A DNA stretch of 64,000 nucleotides, taken from contig JAWPOF010000007.1 of NCBI GenBank assembly GCA_033345275.1, forward strand, positions 100,636 through 164,635, written 5' to 3'. The position numbers and the translations under genes are program-made. This document shows, in pieces, positions 56,784 through 64,000 of the stretch (positions are counted from its first letter, which is position 1; each line of letters starts with the position of its first letter). The notes beneath the pieces are model-generated. The model searched no databases, was not told the origin of the DNA, and saw nothing but the letters and a program-made list of their open reading frames with translations. Source of the stretch: Alphaproteobacteria bacterium (GTDB lineage: Bacteria; Pseudomonadota; Alphaproteobacteria; Rs-D84).

Positions 56784-58787
56784 TTAATTTATGTTAGTAC
56801 TACAAATTGTGGGTGAATTTGGATTCACTTTAGCAGTGTCTGATGTGTAATAGGTTTGTCCGTTATAGTTGACGTGTATTGCGTTTGTGAATTCACAAGA
56901 TTCTTGTTGATGTGTTAGGCTTGCGTAACATGTCATGTTGTTTACTTTGACCACTATGGCGGGGGTGGTTTGTTTGTCGTTGTATAAAGGTATGGACAGA
57001 CCGCTGTTGGTTTTTATATATCGTACACCTGCCAAACAGAATTGACCGCATCGGTTATCGTGTGTTTGATTGAACCCGTCGTTGCATGTCCATGGACAGT
57101 TGTCTGGGGCGGTGCCATTGCCAGTATATGTAGCGTTATTTGGTTTTGTGCAGGCGTTGCATTGATTTGTGCCACCTGGACTGTATGTGCCACTGGCGCA
57201 TTTGGTACATGCGGGGGAGGCTGTATTATTGCCAGATGCCCCATATTTTGGGTCGCAGTTCACAGTGTACTGGCATGATGGATATGATGTGCCGTTGTAA
57301 TATTGTTTTGTTTCGTTTGGTGTGGCGGTACCGTTATCAATGGTTAGGCGACATTCTGTATAGCAATCTGTGCTTTGGGCGCGTGTGTTGTCGGAACCAC
57401 TATAGCCCGCTGGGCATTCGTTGACTGTTTGTGCGGTTCCATATGTTAATACGCCGCCTTCGAAGTAATAACCGTTTTCAACAGGTTTACATACACCTAT
57501 CCATACCGCGTCCATCGAATTTGTTGTTTCTAGTCCGTCATAATAATAACCAGGATTACAAGAAGACCCAGAAAATCCGCCGCAATATCGAGTGTAGATA
57601 CCATCGCTGTTTGCGTAACACCCAAAATCAATTAAACCCTCGGGGCGTTGTTCGCGAAAACGCGCCATACACCCTTCGATTGAAATGCGACCTTCAAATG
57701 AACCGACTGACATTGTTGCGGCAGCGTGGGTGTTTTTTGGGTTGGGGCATTGTTTACAGGATGTTTGGCCTGATTGCCCCTGGTAATAACCTTGGTAGCA
57801 TTGTGTTTGTTTTGTGGCGCCAGAGGTGCTTACAAAATATCCAGGCTGGGCCGTGGTGCATGTTGTTTTAACATGGGCGCTGCTGGACATATAGGTGCCT
57901 GGGGAACATGCTGTACAAGAGCCGGCAGTGTTGGCGTATGTGTTCCCGGATGAATACGCGGCCCCCTGTTTACAATTTTTTACCATACACAGGTTTGAGA
58001 CTGTATTTGCAGTCCATTTTGGGGTTTGCCATGCATTGATGTATTTGTTGCTGTTGGCGCACGCAGAGCAAGTGGCAGAAGAATGACCTGGTTTTGTCGT
58101 CGTTGTGCCGGCAGCACATGCTGTGCATGTGGTATTGCCCGTGCCTGTTGCGTATGATCCGATAGCGCATGCGACACAACTTGTGCTGGATACAGAACCA
58201 GGGTCGGGGTTGTATGTACCAGCTGCGCATGGTGTACATGTGGCGTTTGCTTTGGTGCCTTTGCCTGATTTATATGTGCCCGCAGCGCACGCTTGCCAAA
58301 TCGCATAAACGGTTGTTGCTTGTGTTACTGTAATTGTTTCTGTGCCAGTTTGGGCGTTTGGATCTGTGTTCCACCCCATAAATATGTGACCTGCGCGGTA
58401 AAAGTTTGTTGTGTTACCAGATTGTAATGTACACGTGATCCCTGGGGTGCATTGTGTGCTGGTCGGTGCGGTATCCTCTTGGGTTGCGCCATTAGTTGAA
58501 TAATTATATGTGACTGTGAATGTATTTATCTTGGGGCAGGTTGTGCTGCCTGGGCATGAATAGCCAGCAGGACACGATTTGCACGAATTGTTAATTGAAG
58601 GCGATGTTATTGTCTGGCCCTCGTATTGTGTTCCGTCACAGTCAGATAAATAGAAATCTTTATTGCATGATGTGTATTTAATGTATGCGCTACAACTATA
58701 TCCTGCTGAATATGCAGGATAAGTGAATAGGGTTAAAAATAATATCCCCCCAACAAGAAGGAACGAACGTTTTGTTTGTTTGCGCAA
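56784..58787 (-). CDS. secreted cysteine-rich repeat protein (CxxCxAGTY ephrin-receptor/GCC2_GCC3-like repeats + Listeria-Bacteroides-type repeat)
   Basis: Signal peptide; >15 copies of C..C.AG(T/S)Y; FMGWNTDPNAQTG...YAIW motif. Confidence 0.55.
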   Translation of the reverse strand: MRKQTKRSFLLVGGILFLTLFTYPAYSAGYSCSAYIKYTSCNKDFYLSDCDGTQYEGQTITSPSINNSCKSCPAGYSCPGSTTCPKINTFTVTYNYSTNGATQEDTAPTSTQCTPGITCTLQSGNTTNFYRAGHIFMGWNTDPNAQTGTETITVTQATTVYAIWQACAAGTYKSGKGTKANATCTPCAAGTYNPDPGSVSSTSCVACAIGSYATGTGNTTCTACAAGTTTTKPGHSSATCSACANSNKYINAWQTPKWTANTVSNLCMVKNCKQGAAYSSGNTYANTAGSCTACSPGTYMSSSAHVKTTCTTAQPGYFVSTSGATKQTQCYQGYYQGQSGQTSCKQCPNPKNTHAAATMSVGSFEGRISIEGCMARFREQRPEGLIDFGCYANSDGIYTRYCGGFSGSSCNPGYYYDGLETTNSMDAVWIGVCKPVENGYYFEGGVLTYGTAQTVNECPAGYSGSDNTRAQSTDCYTECRLTIDNGTATPNETKQYYNGTSYPSCQYTVNCDPKYGASGNNTASPACTKCASGTYSPGGTNQCNACTKPNNATYTGNGTAPDNCPWTCNDGFNQTHDNRCGQFCLAGVRYIKTNSGLSIPLYNDKQTTPAIVVKVNNMTCYASLTHQQESCEFTNAIHVNYNGQTYYTSDTAKVNPNSPTICSTNIN

Positions 58788-58984
58788 AAAACAGGCCCAT
58801 AATAATGAGATATTATTTTTGATAACAGAAAAATTTTCTTTGATATTTTTAATGTATGAACCCTCCTGGGTGGGAGGTTATCATATAACAGGTGGATGGA
58901 CAATAAAAATTTTATGAAAAAATAGAAGAATGCGATGGGGTTAACTGGTTTAAAGTATTTGATTTTTAGCACATTTGATTCACT

Positions 58985-59369
58985 TAACCTTTATCCTGGC
59001 AATTAGTTCGCGTTGGCGGGATGGGGTGATGTTGCCGTAATTGCATCGGGTGGTGCCGATACTGCTGTGGCCAAAGTCTTGTTGCAAGGTGACTATGCGG
59101 TCGTCGTGTGTTATGTTTTCAATGTGCCTGGCACGGGTGCAGCGGGCTGTGAGTTATTTGTGCAAAGTGTAAAACACGCCACGGGTTGTGCCTTGTTTTG
59201 ATATGTGCCCGCGTTTAACCAATGCTTGTGCCGCCTTGCGAATGGTTTCTGGATTTTTATCCATTGCGGGTATCTTATTGGTAAAACTTTGTCTGTAGTT
59301 TTGGATGGTTAATATGAGTTTTAATATTGAGGGAGTTGAGTGCTTTATATTTTTTTTGAAAGTGTCCAT
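58985..59369 (-). pseudogene. tyrosine recombinase (integrase) remnant, frameshifted
   Basis: Minus-strand frames give ...LTARCTRARHIENITHDDRIVTLQQDFGHSSIGTTRCNYGNI (box II/LGHSS..TT..Y catalytic region) in a different frame from the 59154-59369 ORF. Confidence 0.5.
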
Positions 59370-59439
59370 TTTTTATTGTAAACTGAGAATGTTGATAAAG
59401 ATGTCTAATCAAGTTTAAAGCCTATATTAAGGAGTGTCT

Positions 59440-59565
59440 AATGTTGTTGTCAGATCTAATTAAACCTACAAAATTAAAACCTGGAGATACTGTTGCTGTA
59501 ATCTCTCCTTCATGGGCGGGGGCTTCTGTATATCCAGAACGTTATTTGGCAGGCAAGAAACAGTA
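59440..59565 (+). pseudogene. LD-carboxypeptidase (LdcA/MccF, S66) N-terminal fragment
   Basis: MLLSDLIKPTKLKPGDTVAVISPSWAGAS then stop; matches the S66 N-terminal PGD.I..IAPS motif. Confidence 0.4.
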
Positions 59566-59862
59566 AGTAGGTTGAACGACATCATTGCTATAAAATGCCC
59601 CGGCTTAAAATGTCGGGTCAAGACGTTATCAAGTAGAAAATCAGACGAAAAATTTGAACGTATAGGCCTAAAAAATCTTGTTCAAAAGGACAGAAAATGA
59701 CGAAAATATGTTGTGACATCAAACGTTCGGCCTGTCAGTATTGTCTGTGTGCGTCAGATAAAAAATCCGTAAATGCCAGACAAAATTAAGGCTTGAAAAT
59801 TTGCTGTTTGGGGGGTAATATAAGCTGAATTAGTTCCATTAATACGGCATATAGGGCAAAAA

Positions 59863-61602
59863 ATGAATATTTACAAATTGATATCAAACAAAATTAAAAC
59901 AAAATTACAGGAATTACCAGAATTGCGACCGATTGTTGGCACTTCGGTGTGGGACAACGTTGTTGTCGAGGTTCCAAAAATACGTGATTTCGGGGATTTT
60001 GCTACAAATGTAGCGATGGTTCTGGCGCGCGAATTAAAGAAGAATCCGCGTGAAATAGCAAACATCTTGTTGCCTCACATAGAGCAAATAGACGGCATAA
60101 ACAATGCCACTATTGCTGGGCCTGGTTTTATAAACATTAATATAGACAACGCCTTGTGGGAAGAGTTAATAGATTCTATTTTGCTTCAGCCCGATAAATA
60201 TGGTGACTCGGATATTGGGGCTGGCGAGAAGGTCAACATAGAATTTTTATCTGCAAATCCGACGGGACCGGTACATATTGGCCATGCGCGTGGTGCAATT
60301 CTAGGCGATGTCTTGGCCAGATTGCTTACAAAGAATGGCTATGATGTCACCAAAGAATATTATATCAACGACTATGGTCACCAGGTCGAGGTTTTGGCGC
60401 GGTCTGTATATTGGCGCTATCAGGAATTGTTTGGCTTGCACGATGGTGAAAAACTGCCCGAGGGTTCGTATCCAGGCGACTATCTTATTCCTGTGGCGAC
60501 CGACATTAAAAATCAAGATGGCGACAAATGGCTGTCCGCGTCTGAATCTGAATATATCCCATATTTCAAGGCATTTGCTGCAAATGCGATGATGGAGTTA
60601 ATCAAGGCAAGTTTACGCAAAATGGGGATTGAATTTGATGTCTTTACATCTGAACGTCGCTTAATTGAATCTAAACTGGTTGAAAAAACAATCGAGTTTA
60701 TGAAGGGGCAGGGCTTGTTGTACATTGGTTCATTGCCAAAACCATTGGGCGAAACGGACGAAGATTGGACGCCTACAGAACAGTTGCTGTTCAGGGCCAG
60801 CCAGTTTGGCGATGATTCCGACCGTGTTATTGCGCGCGAAAATGGCGAGCTAACATATTTCGCATCTGATATTGCATACCACTTGAACAAATACGAGCGT
60901 GGCTTTGCGAAGCAAATTGATGTTTGGGGCGCCGATCATGGCGGTTATGTAAAGCGTATTAAATCTGCTGTGGGCGCTGTGACAAACAGTCAGGCGGAAT
61001 TGGATGTTGTTTTGTGTCAAATTGTGAATCTTGAAAAAGACGGCAAGCCATTCAGGATGTCCAAACGCGCAGGTAACTTTGTAATGATAGAAGACGTTCT
61101 AGAAGAAATTGATGCAGATGTGCTAAGATTGTTCATGGTTATCAAAAGTGCAGATACCCAAATGACATTTGATTTGCAAAAGGCCAAAGAGCAATCCAAA
61201 GACAATCCTGTATATTACATTCAATACGCATATGCGCGCGCCAATTCTGTGTTAAAAAAGTACGACACATTATTCCCGGGCGAATTGCATTCAGTATTGC
61301 AGGGACACTATAATTTTGCCAACGCAACAGACGCAGAAAGCAGATTAGTTAAAATGCTTAGTGATTATCCAAAAATCATAGAAAGTGCCGGCAAGAACAA
61401 GGCGCCAAATCTGCTGACCAAATATCTAGAGGAATTGGCATCCGCGTTTCACTCTTTGTGGGCGCCGCACAGTGGTGTTAAATTAATAGACGAAAAAGAT
61501 ATGGACACAACAAACAATCATATGCTGTTGGTTATGGCATTAAAGAATGTTGTGGCCAATGGCTTACGAACACTTGGTTGTGAATTAAAAGAAGTAATGT
61601 AA
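59863..61602 (+). CDS. argS: arginyl-tRNA synthetase
   Basis: 579 aa; PTGPVHIGHARGA (HIGH-class motif), C-terminal DALR anticodon-binding domain, MSKRAGN in place of KMSKS. Confidence 0.85.
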   Translation: MNIYKLISNKIKTKLQELPELRPIVGTSVWDNVVVEVPKIRDFGDFATNVAMVLARELKKNPREIANILLPHIEQIDGINNATIAGPGFININIDNALWEELIDSILLQPDKYGDSDIGAGEKVNIEFLSANPTGPVHIGHARGAILGDVLARLLTKNGYDVTKEYYINDYGHQVEVLARSVYWRYQELFGLHDGEKLPEGSYPGDYLIPVATDIKNQDGDKWLSASESEYIPYFKAFAANAMMELIKASLRKMGIEFDVFTSERRLIESKLVEKTIEFMKGQGLLYIGSLPKPLGETDEDWTPTEQLLFRASQFGDDSDRVIARENGELTYFASDIAYHLNKYERGFAKQIDVWGADHGGYVKRIKSAVGAVTNSQAELDVVLCQIVNLEKDGKPFRMSKRAGNFVMIEDVLEEIDADVLRLFMVIKSADTQMTFDLQKAKEQSKDNPVYYIQYAYARANSVLKKYDTLFPGELHSVLQGHYNFANATDAESRLVKMLSDYPKIIESAGKNKAPNLLTKYLEELASAFHSLWAPHSGVKLIDEKDMDTTNNHMLLVMALKNVVANGLRTLGCELKEVM

Positions 61603-61632
61603 AATAAATCCCGCCTTGTGCGGGTTTTTTAT
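61603..61632 (+). terminator. rho-independent terminator after argS
   Basis: aaataaatcccgccttgtgcgggttttttatc. Confidence 0.6.
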
Positions 61633-61688
61633 CAAATGTTTGCAGATTTGTTGGGGGTGGGGCACCAACCAAACAAACACGCAAAACA

Positions 61689-61765
61689 TGGCGCACCCGG
61701 CGCGATTCGAACGCGCAATCCCCGCCTTCGGAGGGCGATGCTTTATCCAATTAAGCCACGGGTGC
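61689..61765 (-). tRNA. tRNA-Arg (anticodon CCG)
   Basis: Reverse complement GCACCCGTGGCTTAATTGGATAAAGCATCGCCCTCCGAAGGCGGGGATTGCGCGTTCGAATCGCGCCGGGTGCGCCA; loop CTCCGAA. Confidence 0.8.
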
Positions 61766-61930
61766 AATGAAATCTATTATAATTAATTTATTATTAAATG
61801 CAAGGCGTCTTTCACAATCTGTTGGGCATTTATGCTTTGGCGACAACCATGCTTCGGCAAAAAATAAAATCTATAAATTGATTAAAAAATGCCTTGCATA
61901 TTATTCGAATTTATATATAATATCCCCCGT

Positions 61931-62006
61931 GGGTTAGTAGCTCAGTGGTTAGAGCGGAGCGCTCATAACGCTTTGGTCGTGGGTTCAAGTCCTACCTAAC
62001 CCACCA
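61931..62006 (+). tRNA. tRNA-Met (anticodon CAT; elongator-type or tRNA-Ile2/lysidine)
   Basis: GGGTTAG acceptor, D-arm GCTCAGTGGTTAGAGC, anticodon loop CTCATAA, T-arm GTGGGTTCAAGTCCTAC, ACCA end; no initiator signatures. Confidence 0.75.
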
Positions 62007-62013
62007 GAATAAA

Positions 62014-62042
62014 AAAATCCCCATTTTCTTGGGGATTTTTTT
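62014..62042. terminator. bidirectional rho-independent terminator
   Basis: aaaaaaatccccattttcttggggatttttttt. Confidence 0.55.
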
Positions 62043-62046
62043 TACT

Positions 62047-62355
62047 TTATTCTTCTACCAACACCATCGCCTGCCCATCTGCTACAATCAGGTCGGGGTC
62101 ATCTGATGTATCCTTGCCCCCAGTCCAAACATAATAAGAATACGGCACGTCCTGCTGTCCCTGAATTTCAATCACATGCTTGGCGGTTTCCAGAACCAAA
62201 TCGTTCCCGTCTGGCGAAGTATAACTTACAACCGAACACTTGTCGCCGACACAAGATGTTATGACATTAGAATCTGCTTCAAACTTGCTTGACGATGACT
62301 GACAGCCCGCCAGTACAATCATCACACCCGCCAAGGGCAAAATAATCTTTTTCAT
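62047..62355 (-). CDS. lipoprotein (102 aa)
   Basis: Lipobox LAGCQ. Confidence 0.45.
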   Translation of the reverse strand: MKKIILPLAGVMIVLAGCQSSSSKFEADSNVITSCVGDKCSVVSYTSPDGNDLVLETAKHVIEIQGQQDVPYSYYVWTGGKDTSDDPDLIVADGQAMVLVEE

Positions 62356-62590
62356 ACTGTTTATTATATCATACCCGCTCCAGACAAAAAAGCAGAAAAT
62401 ATACGATTGAACAAATTACGTTTATTTATGCAAAATTTTTAATTTTTTCGCACGAATAAAACGACAGAGAATTTTATTCTGCACGGCCGTCAAATCGCAT
62501 TTGTCCCCAATAAAAAACGGTTGCTTTAGTGTACTCAAATGTTGTACTAATACAGCATAAGAATACAATGTAAACAATATGGGGGGATTC

Positions 62591-64000
62591 ATGAACCTTA
62601 AGAAAACCAGCTTTATAGCGCTGATTGCGTTGTTGTCATACGATTCGTTTGGGGCCAGTTCTATTGTGCGTGCGGGGGTGACACCGCTGGCCCAGGGCAG
62701 TGTCAAGGCAACATCATCAACCGGCAACAAAAGTCGTGCATCCCTTGGTATTGGTGGTTATTCAGATATTGGCAAACTGCGTCCAAACCGCACCCAGACC
62801 GGAACGGGCAGCACAACGGGCGGTTCAACGGGCGGCACAACCGATAAAAACACATGTGGTGACCATGACAAGATTCAGGAAGAATTAACCAAGCTTAAAG
62901 AAACCCAGGCAGAACTCGAAGACCTTATAAAAGATTTAACACAAGTGGTTGCGGACAAAGACCAAGAAATCAAGGATTTGCGGAAAGATTTGGCATCTGC
63001 AACCAATGAAATCAAAGATTTTACAGGGTCAAGTTATGTCACAAAAACCGACCTTGCCACGCGTGCCGACGAAATCGCAGAATATGCCGTGGCACATGCG
63101 CTTGATGCTATTGACACTAAATTGTCCGGCTATACTACGCTAAAAGATGTCACAACCGAGATTGCCAAGGCCAGGTCATCAATCGCCAGCGACCGCGTCG
63201 AGGCTCTAAAAAACTACGCCACCATCGAAGACTTGGAACAGACAGCGGATAACGTGGTCAAAGATATAGAGGGACGTAATTTTGTACAACAGGGCGGACT
63301 GGACAACGCCATCTTATTGGCCAACCAAACTGCCATCGAAGCCGCGTTCCAGCAGACTTTGGCAAGTGTGGAACAAAAGTATGCCACCAAAGAGGCTTTA
63401 ACAACAGCGATAACTGGCGCGGTAAAGACGGTTAATGCCGCCCGTGCCGAAGACTTAAAATCATACACCAACACCAGCCAGATGGTAAAATTCGTGGACG
63501 AAGTAGCAAGCCAGGCAGTCCGCACAGCTGTCAACGATGTGGCAAGACAGGGCTATGTCCTTCCCGACAAGCTGCAAGAGACCTTTGACAAAGCTGTTAC
63601 AGATGCCACCCTCAGCGCAGTACAACAAGTAAAAGGGTTGGGGTATGTGACTGCTGATGTAATGAATGCGGCCGACAACGTTGTTCTGGGCAAAATCGAG
63701 AAAGATTATGCCACAAACCAACGGGTTAATCAGATTACTCAAACAACCTTGACCAGCATAGGTGACCTTAAGACCCAGATTTCCGGCGTAAGAACTTCTG
63801 TCGACAACCTTGATGTTACTGTTCAAAACGGCATTGATACGGCTGCGGTCCAAGAAATTGTCACCAAAACACTAACCGATGGCGATTATGCTTCCAAGAC
63901 AGATGTTAACAAATGGGGCGCGCTGTTCGTCGAACAATTTAATACATATGCCAAGAAAGAAACGGTTAACAACTTAACGAATGATTTACAAGGCCTTACC
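62591..64000 (+). CDS. large secreted alpha-helical/coiled-coil surface protein, N-terminal 470 aa (continues beyond window)
   Basis: ATG with ggggggatt RBS; signal peptide MNLKKTSFIALIALLSYDSFGA; Gly/Thr-rich linker then long heptad-rich region. Open to the window end; not in the ORF table because it has no stop. Confidence 0.45.
   Translation, partial: MNLKKTSFIALIALLSYDSFGASSIVRAGVTPLAQGSVKATSSTGNKSRASLGIGGYSDIGKLRPNRTQTGTGSTTGGSTGGTTDKNTCGDHDKIQEELTKLKETQAELEDLIKDLTQVVADKDQEIKDLRKDLASATNEIKDFTGSSYVTKTDLATRADEIAEYAVAHALDAIDTKLSGYTTLKDVTTEIAKARSSIASDRVEALKNYATIEDLEQTADNVVKDIEGRNFVQQGGLDNAILLANQTAIEAAFQQTLASVEQKYATKEALTTAITGAVKTVNAARAEDLKSYTNTSQMVKFVDEVASQAVRTAVNDVARQGYVLPDKLQETFDKAVTDATLSAVQQVKGLGYVTADVMNAADNVVLGKIEKDYATNQRVNQITQTTLTSIGDLKTQISGVRTSVDNLDVTVQNGIDTAAVQEIVTKTLTDGDYASKTDVNKWGALFVEQFNTYAKKETVNNLTNDLQGLT

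Noticed and set aside
56784-58308. Plus-strand ORFs 57042-57278, 57140-57424, 57431-57871, 57895-58086 and 58105-58308
   Set aside because: They overlap the long Cys-rich minus-strand gene. Their Cys/His richness mirrors the complement of the repeat codons.
22405-59600. Calling the accessory region a prophage
   Set aside because: No capsid, portal, terminase, tail or lysis genes are recognisable. The content of recombinase, polymerase, regulatory, enzymatic and biosynthetic genes is more consistent with integrative islands.
63214-63853. Minus-strand ORFs 63214-63534 and 63461-63853
   Set aside because: They lie inside the long open plus-strand frame, which has a signal peptide and an RBS, and are antisense artefacts.

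Overview
This 64-kb window is AT-rich (about 40% GC by eye) and reads as a proteobacterial chromosome, probably an intracellular or symbiont-type alphaproteobacterium. Evidence for that placement: IHF-beta, rpoZ, RNase J, holB-tatD, an archaeal/rickettsial-type ValRS, and a eukaryote-like Cys-rich repeat protein. Housekeeping genes sit at both ends, interrupted by two accessory regions.

Housekeeping core: a 1-Cys peroxiredoxin, ihfB, a fused AccD-AccA carboxyltransferase, sodB, cvpA, RNase J, TatD, HolB, a DD-carboxypeptidase, a MiaB-family rSAM enzyme, rpoZ, argS, and five tRNAs.

Accessory region 1 (about 11.5-17.2 kb) abuts tRNA-Glu. It is a string of single-gene modules separated by a conserved repeat family of roughly 110-250 bp. 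Each repeat carries an inverted-repeat element, a rho-independent terminator and a tRNA-Glu 3'-end-like core, plus two pseudo-copies of the tRNA-Glu 3' end and a candidate structured RNA with compensatory hairpins.

Accessory region 2 (about 22.4-59.6 kb) starts at tRNA-Ser(GGA) and is a composite, serially integrated island. Its boundaries are repeated copies of the tRNA-Ser 3'-end core ('ttcat(a)ctccgcca') at about 22.40, 39.19, 48.42 and 49.47 kb. It carries:
- an intact large-serine-recombinase/DUF2924 module, and a second copy degraded by microhomology-mediated deletion;
- two MutT/NUDIX + UvrX/YolD-like translesion polymerase modules, one of them degraded;
- a WYL (BrxR/CapW-like) regulator flanked by an ADP-ribosylglycohydrolase operon and, divergently, a six-gene cluster. 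That cluster encodes two FtsK/SpoIIIE-family motor proteins with altered Walker B, a PD-(D/E)xK-like protein, a DUF2779-type two-nuclease-domain protein and a divergent SEDS (FtsW/RodA)-like membrane protein. This is the best candidate for an undescribed defence or DNA-handling system;
- an archaeal-type ValRS next to a small-molecule/RiPP-like biosynthetic cluster: SufS-like cysteine desulfurase, rSAM-SPASM, GCS2-type ligase, ATP-grasp ligase, C26 gamma-glutamyl hydrolase, PaaK-like adenylating enzyme, RimL-like GNAT;
- a second, degraded element carrying a NUDIX-rich nucleotide-processing gene set: 4 NUDIX, CYTH, P-loop kinase, PNP/AMP-nucleosidase-like, two ASCH, pyrophosphatase, peptidase S51;
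- remnants of a tyrosine integrase and of an LD-carboxypeptidase.

No rRNA, CRISPR array or phage structural genes were seen. All calls rest on reading the supplied translations and the nucleotide sequence by eye; no searches were run.
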